Below, one piece after another: positions 1-9,406 of a stretch of DNA of 64,000 nucleotides. The DNA lies in sequence record LC819007.1. One strand, written 5' to 3'. A program made the translations under genes and the position numbers. The notes beneath the pieces were generated by a model. That model did no database searches and was not told the origin of the DNA. It worked only from the letters and a program-made list of their open reading frames with translations. Position 1 is the stretch's first letter. Every line of letters begins with the position of its first letter.

Positions 1-181
1 TGCGCGTGGGCGGAATCGGTTCGCTCGGCGGCGTATCGAGTTCCTTGACCATGGCAGACATATCGTTGCGCAGCTTGATGATGCGATCACGCAATTCGCC
101 CTTATACATGTCTTTGTAGATCGGGCTTTCGAGATACTCGTTGATGTCGCACACCGCGTCGCTCAAAACGTCAGAGATCAT
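1..181 (-). CDS. hypothetical protein, runs off the window edge (MISDVLSDAVCDINEYLESPIY...)
   Basis: Manually translated; ATG at 181 with GGAG upstream and a promoter-like motif at 198-213; not in ORF track. Confidence 0.7.
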   Translation of the reverse strand, partial: MISDVLSDAVCDINEYLESPIYKDMYKGELRDRIIKLRNDMSAMVKELDTPPSEPIPPTR

Positions 182-197
182 ACGCTACTCCAAGTTA

Positions 198-213
198 GTG
201 ATATGTGGTCAAA
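198..213 (-). promoter_or_regulatory. putative early phage promoter (TTTGACCACATATCAC)
   Basis: One of 7 minus-strand copies of AACYACATATYRC-like motif upstream of gene blocks. Confidence 0.6.
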
Positions 214-215
214 GC

Positions 216-932
216 TCAGTTCGATCGAACTTCCAGTCGGTGCCGCTTGATGGCTACAGCGTTCAATGACTTGACCAGCGCAGAGCCAGAACTCTTATCG
301 CGGGCCAGATTGTCTTTCAGATCCGGTCGCACGAGGACGTCGAAGTGCTCCAGTGCCCGAGCGCGCACTGACGCCACATACGCCTCGACGTCCTCACGGA
401 CCCCAGGACGGCCTCCGCCTAGCAAGTCATCGTTGGATACCAACGACTCCACGCGAACCAGCAGGCGACGCCATACGTCAGGCTGAGACACACCCTGAGC
501 GACAGAAATGAAGTACGAGAGCCCCGTGAGCTTGTGCTTGTACTCGAACACGTTGCTCTCGACACTACAGACCCGGAAACCCTTCTTCTTTACCTTGAGT
601 TCTGTGTAACCCGCAGCAGTGAACAGTGAGGCCATCGGCTCCGAGATATAGAACACCGGAATCCAGTAGCACTTCTCCACCTCAGCTGCAGCGTCCTTCA
701 GGATCTGTGCCACCGTACACTTGCGGGTGCCATTCTTGCCACCGCCGAAGAAGTAAAGAAAGTTACGCCAGTAGCCGTGCGCATCGGTCGAGTGTTTCTT
801 CACAAAGCGTTTGAGCTTGGTGTCAAGAAACACGACCCAGCCTTCTACCGCATTGGTGCGGTTAAACTCTGTACCCGTCTTCCCTGCGAAGAATAACGCC
901 ATACGACGTTCCAGCTCTGTTTCAATTTTCAT
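216..932 (-). CDS. hypothetical protein
   Basis: 238-aa ORF, GGAAGAG upstream, fits minus-strand gene tiling. Confidence 0.75.
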   Translation of the reverse strand: MKIETELERRMALFFAGKTGTEFNRTNAVEGWVVFLDTKLKRFVKKHSTDAHGYWRNFLYFFGGGKNGTRKCTVAQILKDAAAEVEKCYWIPVFYISEPMASLFTAAGYTELKVKKKGFRVCSVESNVFEYKHKLTGLSYFISVAQGVSQPDVWRRLLVRVESLVSNDDLLGGGRPGVREDVEAYVASVRARALEHFDVLVRPDLKDNLARDKSSGSALVKSLNAVAIKRHRLEVRSN

Positions 933-977
933 GTCGGTAGTCTCTTCCTTTCGTTATAGCGCTGTGGTGAAACGCCA

Positions 978-1628
978 TCATTGCGGTTTGTTTCGATAAG
1001 GCGGTAGCTTCAACGCCTCTTCGAAAGATAGACCTCGCTGTAATCTTTGGTAGATGGTGAAGTAACTGAGATTTAGCTCTCGACACCATTCCGTAAGAGT
1101 TTGTGTTTTGCCGTTGTAAAGAATTCGAACATTGTTGCGGCGATTGTTTTGCTGCTGTATTTGAGTAGCCCAACGGCAATTCTCTTTCGAGTAACCGAGG
1201 TCATTCTTTTCACGATCAATGGAGTGCTGGGGAGATGGTCTAGGTCCCATATCTCGATAAAAAGCTTCGAAGCTCTCACGCCATTCATCTGACATCGTGA
1301 TTCCGCGACCACCATAGTCTTTGTAGTAGCCGTCGTTCGGATTGTAACAGCGTCTCTTAATTCCATCCCAGGCATGGAATTCTGCAGAATTAGTAAGACC
1401 ATGTGTCGTCATTCTTGCTTTGACGACTTCTTTGCGAAGACAACCACAGCTCTTAGTATCGCCTCTGCGTAGACTAGCAGCCATAACTTGAACAATGTTC
1501 TTCTCTTCTTCCTTGCAGTTGCATTCACAAATCCAAATTTGGCTAAAACGCCCGTGCCTTTCGAAAAGAGGTTCGATAACCGTCAGTCTTCCAAACACTT
1601 GTCCGGTAAGGTTATGTTGCTTAGTCAT
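978..1628 (-). CDS. free-standing HNH-type homing endonuclease
   Basis: FGRLTV, WICECNC, SCGC, YGGRGI, SIDR..NDLGYSKENCRWAT..QQNNRR motifs; visibly AT-richer than flanks. Confidence 0.85.
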   Translation of the reverse strand: MTKQHNLTGQVFGRLTVIEPLFERHGRFSQIWICECNCKEEEKNIVQVMAASLRRGDTKSCGCLRKEVVKARMTTHGLTNSAEFHAWDGIKRRCYNPNDGYYKDYGGRGITMSDEWRESFEAFYRDMGPRPSPQHSIDREKNDLGYSKENCRWATQIQQQNNRRNNVRILYNGKTQTLTEWCRELNLSYFTIYQRLQRGLSFEEALKLPPYRNKPQ

Positions 1629-1649
1629 TGCAGTAATTTAATTTAAAAA

Positions 1650-1700
1650 GGCATAAAAGGGGGATGAGCTTTCGCCCATCCCCGTTCAGCCGTTTATGCC
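1650..1700 (-). terminator. intrinsic terminator-like hairpin flanked by GGCATAAA...TTTATGCC
   Basis: GGGGATG-x-GC/TTTC/GC-x-CATCCCC inner stem immediately after the 1703 stop. Confidence 0.7.
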
Positions 1701-1702
1701 GC

Positions 1703-2032
1703 TTAGCGTTCGAGCACGTCGATGCTGTCCGCGTCGTCGTCTTCGTCTTCGCTCGTGTCGGGGAACTCGTCGTCACCCGGCACGTCCACACCAGCGAGCG
1801 CCGGTGCTTCTTCGAAGGTGCTGACATCGATCATGACTTCCGACTGGAAAATCGCCGGGTTGATCGTGCGCATTGCTTCGACCACTTCTTCCTCGCGATC
1901 CAGGTGCGTCGGATGCGAGTTGTTGGTGACGTCATCGAAACCATGCGTATTGAAAGTTGCTGCCACCAGCCGCGCTGCGAGATCGCCGTCCGATTGATCG
2001 TCGGCGGTAATGTCGATCGAGATGCGACCCAT
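1703..2032 (-). CDS. small acidic hypothetical protein
   Basis: 109-aa ORF, GGAG RBS, D/E-rich C-terminus. Confidence 0.75.
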   Translation of the reverse strand: MGRISIDITADDQSDGDLAARLVAATFNTHGFDDVTNNSHPTHLDREEEVVEAMRTINPAIFQSEVMIDVSTFEEAPALAGVDVPGDDEFPDTSEDEDDDADSIDVLER

Positions 2033-2106
2033 GATGATACTCCCGTTGGTTGGTTGATTACAGGTTAGTGTCCCGGCTTTTTAGATACCGGGTAGAGAGA
2101 ACCAGG

Positions 2107-2628
2107 TTACGCCTGGCGCGCCAAAGGAGGGAATTCGAGACACCATACGGCAACAGAAGGTTGCGTCTCGTCTCCCGCAAAGAGTTGCTTGACCGCCGTC
2201 AGCTTGTGAGGCGGTAGTTTGGGTTCCATCACACACAGGCTGTCAACCGGCGTCGCAACGCCAATCTTCGAGACGTATGCAAAGGTCGCCTTGTGGGCGG
2301 CTTCTTCCAGCAAAGCCTTACCGCCAATCACGAAGAGATGCGTGAGGCCTTGAATGGCCAGAGCATCATCCAGACTACCCAAGACTTCAGCGCCGTCTGC
2401 CAGATACGCCGGGTTACGTGAGATCACGATATTGCGGCGTCCCGGTAAAGGACGGGCTACGGTTGGTAGCGACTCCCAGGTCTTGCGGCCCATTACCACG
2501 ACACTGCCCATGGTGAGGTCCTTGAAGAAGGCGAAGTCTCGCGACGAACGCCAAGGAATCGTACCGTTACGACCAATCACACCGTTCTGGTCGGTTGCGT
2601 AAATGAGATAAACCTTGGGCGTGCTCAT
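2107..2628 (-). CDS. folA: dihydrofolate reductase
   Basis: ATDQNGVIGRNGTIPW..RDFAFFKDLT, VVMGRKTWESLP..RPLPGRRNIVISR, FVIGG; start moved to ATG 2628 (ATGA overlap with upstream stop). Confidence 0.95.
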   Translation of the reverse strand: MSTPKVYLIYATDQNGVIGRNGTIPWRSSRDFAFFKDLTMGSVVVMGRKTWESLPTVARPLPGRRNIVISRNPAYLADGAEVLGSLDDALAIQGLTHLFVIGGKALLEEAAHKATFAYVSKIGVATPVDSLCVMEPKLPPHKLTAVKQLFAGDETQPSVAVWCLEFPPLARQA

Positions 2629-3329
2629 GCTGAAGGACGCTCCGAAGTACTGACACTCGCGGCCATCGAAGGGAACACGATCTTTTCCACAGCGGTACGG
2701 TCTGTCACATGATACCCGACGAGCCTTTCGCCGTTGACGATCAACCCGCTTTGCAGTAATGCCTTGGCGGGGAAGTTCGTGTGGAAGATGTTGACCAGAT
2801 CTTGCGCCCGTTTGTTCAACACCAGTTGCATGGCGTTGGTGAACACGCGCCCCTCGGTGGTGTTGCCGCTCTGGTAGAGACTTGCCAGCACGTGACACAA
2901 CTCCACCGCTCGACGACGCACGCCGGGCGTGCCGGTGCTCAAGTTGGTGAAGTAGTAATCGGCGTCCGTGTTCTTGTCACTGCGGCCGGTGTGCTTCGGA
3001 TACTGGTTGAGCCAGAACTCGTGCTTCTCGGCGTCCTCGGCAACGAAGCCGTGAAAGCGCGGTTGCTTATCCGGCAAGTCGTGTTCGTTGTGGACCAGAT
3101 AATGGCCCTTCACTTCGACCTCGGTCAGCTGCATATCACGCAGCACCAGATCCGAGCCGTGCTCGGTGCCGTAGTAAGCGCTGTGCGAGAACAGCGTGCG
3201 CTCGCCTACAGAGGTGCTGGTGTAATGGAACGTGACGAGATACAGCTTGTCACCGACCTTAAAGCGTGCGTTGGCTGCTTGTGAAGCTGCCTCGTCAAGC
3301 TGTGGCGTTGGGCCATTGAGTTTCATCAT
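2625..3329 (-). CDS. hypothetical protein
   Basis: Long ORF; start set at MMKLNG with AAGGAAG upstream. Confidence 0.7.
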   Translation of the reverse strand: MMKLNGPTPQLDEAASQAANARFKVGDKLYLVTFHYTSTSVGERTLFSHSAYYGTEHGSDLVLRDMQLTEVEVKGHYLVHNEHDLPDKQPRFHGFVAEDAEKHEFWLNQYPKHTGRSDKNTDADYYFTNLSTGTPGVRRRAVELCHVLASLYQSGNTTEGRVFTNAMQLVLNKRAQDLVNIFHTNFPAKALLQSGLIVNGERLVGYHVTDRTAVEKIVFPSMAASVSTSERPSA

Positions 3330-3352
3330 TTCTTCCTTTAATGGCGACTTGG

Positions 3353-4087
3353 TTAGAGTGCGCCAATGGTGGTGTTGCGAACGAATTCTTTCACCGCTTC
3401 CATGTTCAGTTGCGCGACGTACGCGGATATATTGCGTGCGCAAACTTCACCCGGAACTTGCATGCGGCCGATTAGAGCCGTCGTGGTGTCAAACGCTTTG
3501 CTGGGCTTGATCGACTTCGAACGTAATGCAACTCGCATAGTGTTACGATCCGATTCGTTCTCCGTACTTTCCGTACGCAGCCAGCGTCCGAATTGCAGAT
3601 TCGCTTTGGACACGAGGTTCTCGTGTGGGGTGCTCAGCGGTGCTGCAACATATCGGAAGATCTTGTTAAAAGGGGAATAAACCTGGAAGACACCGTGTTC
3701 TTCCTGCATCGCTTCACCACGTTGCGTAGCCACGCGACGCTTACCCTGACCGGCCAGCCATCCTTCCACGACACCGCGTGATTGGGTAGGCATCACAAAG
3801 AACTGGTACTGCGGATTCATATCCAACAGACGACGGAGCACCAGTGCCAACGCCTTGTAGCGCTGGTACGGTTTCTCACGGACGATGTGCTCGTAGAACT
3901 TCACGTCGCCACTCATCGTCGTGTAATACTGGTTCGTGGCAGGATGGTAGATCAGGATACCTTCCCATGCCTCCGGAATCTCGCGCTCCGGTACGCCGTT
4001 CACGATCTCGCGCAGGTAGTGCGCAATGTGAGACGGACGATCAAGTTTATCGTATTCGACAATCATGGCGATCAATAGTTGCGGCAT
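3353..4087 (-). CDS. hypothetical protein
   Basis: Long ORF in tiling; start uncertain (4087 or 4066). Confidence 0.7.
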   Translation of the reverse strand: MPQLLIAMIVEYDKLDRPSHIAHYLREIVNGVPEREIPEAWEGILIYHPATNQYYTTMSGDVKFYEHIVREKPYQRYKALALVLRRLLDMNPQYQFFVMPTQSRGVVEGWLAGQGKRRVATQRGEAMQEEHGVFQVYSPFNKIFRYVAAPLSTPHENLVSKANLQFGRWLRTESTENESDRNTMRVALRSKSIKPSKAFDTTTALIGRMQVPGEVCARNISAYVAQLNMEAVKEFVRNTTIGAL

Positions 4088-4124
4088 AGGCGGAAGGGTT
4101 TCCCCCTCCGACCGAATGCCAGGT

Positions 4125-5444
4125 TTAGAACCGGAAGACCTCCGCTTCACTCAGCAGTCGTTTCGACGAAGCCGAGATGACTTTGGAGATGTCCAGACCG
4201 AGGTTGTCGTACAGGTTGACCAACTGCCGAGCCACCCGCACGTGCTTGTTCAGATCCTTGCTGAGCAGGTCGTGGAACGTATGAAGCGCGGTGAAGAACG
4301 CTTCGAACGAACCATGTCCACGCGAGAGCGCGATGAACGCATTGCGCAAGTATTTCGACGGTTGCATCAGACGCACGTTGATCGTGGTGAAGTTCAGGTC
4401 GAGCTTCTCTTCCTTGAGGACTTCTTCCACAACCTTCAACGTCTTCGACGGCAACGACGAAGCCAGCGCTCGCACCAGCCACAGGATCACGTAGTAGTTC
4501 TCCGGCCGGATCGTGCGCGCCACGTGAGCGTACTCGACTCGCAGCGGATAGCTGCCACCTTCCTTCTTCGGCACAGCCACCAAGCGCGCCAATGCAGACG
4601 CGTCGAAGTTGTGCGTGACCTTGTCGCGTGCGTTGTGATGCGTCTGCGCGTGTTCTCGCGTGGCGGTGTAGTACAGCGCCAGTTCGCGCAGCAGGTTCTG
4701 CACATCCGGCGGCAAGCCGACGAAGTTGTCCGAGACGATCAAGCCGGTGTAGGAACCGAACTCGGTGCCCATCACCAGGTTCACGAAGTTAAACAGCAAC
4801 TCCTCGCGCGTAACCTGATCGAGGGCTCGCACGGCTGAGTCGACACGACGGAATTCGGATTCCAGACGATCGACGTCAAGTGCACCATGGTAACCACGGA
4901 ACTTCTCGAAGAGATTGCTCTCGCCCACGAACGAGTAGTACCCTTCGCTGACCAGTGCCCGGTACGCTTTGTTTTCAGCCACCGTGCTCTTCGGATGAAA
5001 GAGGCTCCCGAACCGATCGACGGAGTTATCAGGCTTGTTGTTGAGCACTTTGCCGAGATCGGCTTCGTGGTCGTGCAAGGCTTTCGTGACGCTATCAACG
5101 ACACGCGGAGCGAAGTCGTCGGGATCGAGGTATTCCTCGTAATCACCCGACTCATCGCCACGCATCTCTGCGGTGAGCATGCGGGTGAAAGCTTTGGAAA
5201 GCTTCTCGATGTCTTCCTCGGTTGGCGTGTCATCGTCGGTCTCCCTGGACGAGACGAGCTTGATGGGCTTAATCTCTTCCGGAGCCGGCACTCCGACCTG
5301 ATGGTCTTCCTTGCCATTCCCGTTGCCGGGACCTTGTGGTTTCTTTGCCATTGCTTCCTCCAAGAAGGCCGCTACTTCTTTCGAGGTCATCATCGGCACT
5401 CGATCGGTTTTACGGCGCTTCGCTTTGGGTGGTTTCTTAGCCAC
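4125..5444 (-). CDS. hypothetical protein with charged N-terminus
   Basis: 439-aa ORF, GTG start with GGAG RBS, strong GC3 codon bias. Confidence 0.8.
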   Translation of the reverse strand: MAKKPPKAKRRKTDRVPMMTSKEVAAFLEEAMAKKPQGPGNGNGKEDHQVGVPAPEEIKPIKLVSSRETDDDTPTEEDIEKLSKAFTRMLTAEMRGDESGDYEEYLDPDDFAPRVVDSVTKALHDHEADLGKVLNNKPDNSVDRFGSLFHPKSTVAENKAYRALVSEGYYSFVGESNLFEKFRGYHGALDVDRLESEFRRVDSAVRALDQVTREELLFNFVNLVMGTEFGSYTGLIVSDNFVGLPPDVQNLLRELALYYTATREHAQTHHNARDKVTHNFDASALARLVAVPKKEGGSYPLRVEYAHVARTIRPENYYVILWLVRALASSLPSKTLKVVEEVLKEEKLDLNFTTINVRLMQPSKYLRNAFIALSRGHGSFEAFFTALHTFHDLLSKDLNKHVRVARQLVNLYDNLGLDISKVISASSKRLLSEAEVFRF

Positions 5445-5492
5445 GACAATCTCCCTTCAAACAGGCCGGTGTGACCCGGCCCACCTTACTGC

Positions 5493-6635
5493 TTACCAGG
5501 GTGCATCCTGATCGTGGATGCGTTCCTTGGATTCTTCGACCAGCTGTTCGTACGACAGGCCGATCCGGTTCAGGTAGCGGAAGTACGCGCCGAGGTCGTT
5601 CGTTTCCGCCTGCAGCCACAGGAGCATTTCGTTCGACAGATCGACGATGGCTTCGAGCAGTTCCGACAGACGTTTCGTTTCGGCGATATAACCGGCGCTG
5701 ATGTCGCGTACCTTCTGCGACGCGTGAACCATTTTCTGCTGCGCCTGCATGCCGCGCTGCGGCCAACGCGTTTCCGGGATGTAGTCGTACTGCACATTCG
5801 ACGGAATCGCGCCCGAGAAGAACGACTTCATCTGCTTCAGACGCTTGATCAGCAGCGCGTCTTCTTCCGGCGACGTCCACGCGTACTGCTGCACGTTGAA
5901 CGGCGAGTCGTGAAGCATCTTCTTCACCAGAAGCGGTTCGAGCAGTTCTTCCTTGGTCGCACCCTGCGTCCACGGCTTGTAGAACTGGAAGCGCTCGCGG
6001 ATCATCGGAATGAACGAGACGATCGAATCGATCACGTCGATATCATCCTCGCTCAGCATTTCCGTAGCGACGATCTTCTGCATCGGGAAACGCAGACCCG
6101 GACGATGCGTGGTGTAGTCCGTGAGGCCGAACTGTTGCGCGGGCAGCAGTACAGTGTTGATGATGCGCTCGCGTGCGTCGGCGTCGAGGATGTCCTCGTC
6201 GGCGTGTGTCTTTTCGAGACGACGGAGTTTCTTGATCACTTCCTGCAGCTTCGGGCCGACGCCCCAGCGCTCGGTCATCGTGCCGATACGAATCGTCGTC
6301 ATGCGGCTGAGCATGTTGTCGATCTGCGAGTGCGGGAAGACCGCGTAGTTCTTCGCGACCACTTCGTTACTCGAACCCGACTCATCGAGCGACCACTTCA
6401 TGTTCTTCGTGAACGCGTCATAACCGACTTGATCCTTGAAGCAGGCGCGAGCCAAGTCGTTGGACTTAGCCAGCAGGGATGCCGAGTACGGGGGTTCGTA
6501 TTCGGTGTTCGGCACGTACGGGGTGAATTCCGAAATCACAGGCGCTTGATCTGCTGCGGCCACAGCGATCAAAGGTACGTCAAGTTGCTCGGTATTCGAG
6601 CCTTGCGGACCGTTCTTCGGTTGCTTACTTGCCAT
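5493..6635 (-). CDS. hypothetical protein
   Basis: 380-aa ORF with strong phage codon bias. Confidence 0.8.
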   Translation of the reverse strand: MASKQPKNGPQGSNTEQLDVPLIAVAAADQAPVISEFTPYVPNTEYEPPYSASLLAKSNDLARACFKDQVGYDAFTKNMKWSLDESGSSNEVVAKNYAVFPHSQIDNMLSRMTTIRIGTMTERWGVGPKLQEVIKKLRRLEKTHADEDILDADARERIINTVLLPAQQFGLTDYTTHRPGLRFPMQKIVATEMLSEDDIDVIDSIVSFIPMIRERFQFYKPWTQGATKEELLEPLLVKKMLHDSPFNVQQYAWTSPEEDALLIKRLKQMKSFFSGAIPSNVQYDYIPETRWPQRGMQAQQKMVHASQKVRDISAGYIAETKRLSELLEAIVDLSNEMLLWLQAETNDLGAYFRYLNRIGLSYEQLVEESKERIHDQDAPW

Positions 6636-6695
6636 GATTGACTCTTGTTGAGTGGGTTAATCAGGATACGCTAATACAACTACATCTCGGTAAAA

Positions 6696-7409
6696 TCACG
6701 CCAGTGAAAGCAGCGTCTCCCGATACTTCATTGAAAAGCGATGGTTATCCAGGGCGGCGGCTGCCACCAAGTCCTTGCGCTTACCACTGTCCGCCGAGGT
6801 GGCGATAATGGCGAAGTGCTTCGTGTCGTTGCTCATCCACTGACGACTGGCTTCCGCGACCTGGTTACAGCCGCGATAGTAGACATCCAGCGAAATAGCC
6901 CGGCGCTTCAAAGCAGCGTCCAGCGCATTCCGCCACTTGTGCAGAAAGTCTGCGATCATCGCTTCGTCTGTCTGTTGCATCGGAGCGGTGATCGTAAAGC
7001 TGCGCTGATACTTCGGGTACGTCACCTGGTAAGCCCAGGTCTCCTCTTCGCCGTCCAGACGACTGCGACGGGTATTCAGGCTTTTGTAACGACGCAAGCG
7101 AGTGTTGAGCGTCTCCTTAAGTCCCGGATACAAACCGTCGGGACGGAAGAACACCGCCCAGTCGTCTATCTGCGAATCCTGCAGCGCTTCCTTCAGGTCC
7201 ACCGCGCGATCGACGTAGTAGCCGAACACTGCGCCGCGCGCAGTCTCCAAGCAACGATGCGCATTGATGGTCTGCAACTGATAGAACAGACGCTTCTTGG
7301 TCTGCACCAGCAGCAAGTAACCGCTTCGGGAGCGATGCAGGAAATGGTTGGGATCGAGACTAGGGATCTGTTGGAATCCCATGTCGATCAGTTGGTTCTT
7401 GAGTGCCAT
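6696..7409 (-). CDS. hypothetical protein
   Basis: 237-aa ORF in tiling. Confidence 0.7.
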   Translation of the reverse strand: MALKNQLIDMGFQQIPSLDPNHFLHRSRSGYLLLVQTKKRLFYQLQTINAHRCLETARGAVFGYYVDRAVDLKEALQDSQIDDWAVFFRPDGLYPGLKETLNTRLRRYKSLNTRRSRLDGEEETWAYQVTYPKYQRSFTITAPMQQTDEAMIADFLHKWRNALDAALKRRAISLDVYYRGCNQVAEASRQWMSNDTKHFAIIATSADSGKRKDLVAAAALDNHRFSMKYRETLLSLA

Positions 7410-7421
7410 GGATAAAAGGCA

Positions 7422-7967
7422 TTACGCGCACGCAATACCGGCCAGTTCGAATACCTGCTTGGGTTCTTGTCCGTCGCAGTAAATGAGTTCAAAGGCTGCA
7501 TGGACGTCCTTGGTTCTCACCGAGGGGTCAGGCAGGGCGTTCTTGCGAGCCAGCATGTGCCAGAGAGCGCCGCTATACGGCTTCCGGCCCGATGCCATCT
7601 CGGTCAAGAATTCGGTGGCTTGCTCGTTGAACTGTTGGTTCTTCGAGTGCGTGAAGAGTTGCAGCACAGCGGGCGACTCCATCTGCGCTTCGCAATAGGC
7701 GCGGCAGACTTCGTAGAGTTCAGCCATGTCTTCCTTGGAGCCAGTGAACGTCATATCGTCCCGGCTGCCGAAGCAAGTGCTGGTGGTTCGGATCTCGGTC
7801 TCGCTGACCAACGCCATACGACTGCCGAACGCCAGTTCTGCGTCGACGATATACTTCAGTGCCTTAGCCGGTGTGATCTGACGATCCTCGCAAACGCTAA
7901 CATTGCTGCCGTCTGCGTTACGGCCTTGACCTTCGGGGTACGTGCGGGTGAAATAATGGCGGATCAT
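7422..7967 (-). CDS. hypothetical protein
   Basis: 181-aa ORF, AAGGAG RBS, promoter-like motif 40 nt upstream. Confidence 0.75.
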   Translation of the reverse strand: MIRHYFTRTYPEGQGRNADGSNVSVCEDRQITPAKALKYIVDAELAFGSRMALVSETEIRTTSTCFGSRDDMTFTGSKEDMAELYEVCRAYCEAQMESPAVLQLFTHSKNQQFNEQATEFLTEMASGRKPYSGALWHMLARKNALPDPSVRTKDVHAAFELIYCDGQEPKQVFELAGIACA

Positions 7968-8007
7968 TTCTTGTTCTCCTTATGGATACACTGGATGTCT
8001 TCCCTTG

Positions 8008-8020
8008 GTAATATGTTGCC
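8008..8020 (-). promoter_or_regulatory. putative early phage promoter (GGCAACATATTAC)
   Basis: Shares CATATTAC core with other copies; lies just downstream of the 8039-8071 terminator. Confidence 0.5.
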
Positions 8021-8038
8021 AGCGAATTTTCCATTAAG

Positions 8039-8071
8039 GGCATAAAGGCCAGGGTCACCCCCGGCCTTTAT
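8039..8071 (-). terminator. intrinsic terminator-like hairpin
   Basis: ATAAAGGCC...GGCCTTTAT stem with GGCATAAA end. Confidence 0.7.
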
Positions 8072-8073
8072 TC

Positions 8074-8307
8074 TTACATGAACCTGTGGTCCATTGGAGG
8101 AGGAAGCATCGTCAGCACGTCTTCCACAAGCTTCTGTGGATGCCATTGATACGCCTCGACCAACAGTCGAACGTGACGTTCCGTCGTCTCCGGGTCCCAG
8201 TCACGCGAGGCCGGGAAACGGGCCATCACTACCCGACGCGCCAACTTCTCGAACTCTTCGAACGGAAACTGGATCGGCTTGATCTGCGTCGGCTTAGGGG
8301 AGCTCAT
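8074..8307 (-). CDS. small hypothetical protein (MSSPKPTQIKPIQFPFEEF...)
   Basis: C-terminal part of track ORF 8074-8409; 14-nt overlap with the upstream gene. Confidence 0.55.
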   Translation of the reverse strand: MSSPKPTQIKPIQFPFEEFEKLARRVVMARFPASRDWDPETTERHVRLLVEAYQWHPQKLVEDVLTMLPPPMDHRFM

Positions 8308-9217
8308 ACCAGGCCCAGCCACCGTGGTTCGAAGCGTCGACTTCCTGCCACTTCGGGTGCGTACCCGTCTTGTCCTGGATGTTCCCGAGCTTCGCATCGA
8401 AGCACGCACGCATCGACTTGAGCTTCGTGATCATTTCCTGCGAACGGTACACGCGGGTCACGAGCAACGCTTGCGTCGCTACCGACTGCACGCCCGAAGC
8501 GTTCAGGTTCTGATACGAGAGCTTCGCCGGGAAGTACAGCTTCGAGGCCGACAGCTTGTTCACGAGGTCTTGCGGAATCGGCAGGATCTTGAACGTGTTC
8601 GGCAACGTCTTCACCATCGGGTGCGGCGCACCGCCTACGACGAGAATCGCATCGAGCTCACCCGAAAGCAGCTTGGCTTTGAGCGTATCATTGTCCGCCA
8701 CCGGCAAGACCTTGAAACCGAGACCGGAGTTCGCAGCCACGACATTGGCAGACGCGATCGAGCCACCCACGGCGCCGACGTTACGACCCTTCAGATCGGA
8801 GAGCGAGTTGAACTGGACTTCCTTGCCGCCGATCAGGCCGCCGATATAGCCGCCTTCCTTCTTGACGTCAGCCCGCGCGATGAAGTGCAGTTCTTCCGGG
8901 TGCAGTGCGATCAGCGTCTTGATATTGGCCACTTTCGAGGCGTCGACACGACGTTCGAATTCGAGCATGTCCGACTGCACGATGGCCGCGTTGACCTGAT
9001 TGCCGATCAGCAGGTTCTTGTTGTCGATGCCGCCCTTCGTTTCCTTCTCGGCCCAGTCGCCGTTGCCGCACATCGCGTTCAGTTCGCCGAACATCACGCT
9101 GTAGGTGGAGCCGCCCTTCTTGTCGCCCGTAGCGACGATGATCTTCTCTTGCGCCACTGCGTTCATGCAGATTGCAACTGCGACCATCGCCAGGATGGAT
9201 TTGAACAAGTTCTTCAC
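8294..9217 (-). CDS. TAXI-family-like (type II periplasmic) solute-binding protein with signal peptide
   Basis: Sec signal ending AVA-Q; IIVATGDKKGGSTY, T.GG.DN..LL.GNQVNAAIVQSD, LHPEELHFIAR, SLSDLKGRNV..G..GS, ELDAILVVGGAP, V.SVAT.ALLV motifs. Confidence 0.75.
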   Translation of the reverse strand: MKNLFKSILAMVAVAICMNAVAQEKIIVATGDKKGGSTYSVMFGELNAMCGNGDWAEKETKGGIDNKNLLIGNQVNAAIVQSDMLEFERRVDASKVANIKTLIALHPEELHFIARADVKKEGGYIGGLIGGKEVQFNSLSDLKGRNVGAVGGSIASANVVAANSGLGFKVLPVADNDTLKAKLLSGELDAILVVGGAPHPMVKTLPNTFKILPIPQDLVNKLSASKLYFPAKLSYQNLNASGVQSVATQALLVTRVYRSQEMITKLKSMRACFDAKLGNIQDKTGTHPKWQEVDASNHGGWAWYELP

Positions 9218-9247
9218 TTCTTTTTCCTTCGAGTTGTGGTGAGGTAA

Positions 9248-9406
9248 TTACAGCTTGAAATTCGAGTTGCTGCTGCTCGAATCATTCGACGGCGCGGCTT
9301 CCGTGGCCGGTGCTGCTTCCGTCGGGGCTTGCGACCGGTTGGTCGCGAAGTACAGCGCGCCGAGAACGACGGCCATCACGATAAGACCGATGATACTGGC
9401 TTTCAT
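9248..9406 (-). CDS. small single-pass membrane protein (MKASIIGLIVMAVVLGALYFATNRSQAP...)
   Basis: Manually translated 52-aa ORF, AAGGAG RBS, ATGA overlap with upstream stop; not in ORF track. Confidence 0.7.
   Translation of the reverse strand: MKASIIGLIVMAVVLGALYFATNRSQAPTEAAPATEAAPSNDSSSSNSNFKL

Noticed and set aside
2629-2898. N-terminal extensions given by the ORF track (DHFR from 2898; similarly 11315, 12161, 18069, 22170, 27520, 28746, 29350, 44693, 53156, 52788)
   Set aside because: They overlap upstream genes in another frame; internal starts with RBS or domain boundaries fit better
6676-6690. Plus-strand AACTACATCTC resembling the early promoter motif
   Set aside because: Lacks the ATATYRC core and points into the 3' end of an antisense gene with no plus-strand ORF downstream
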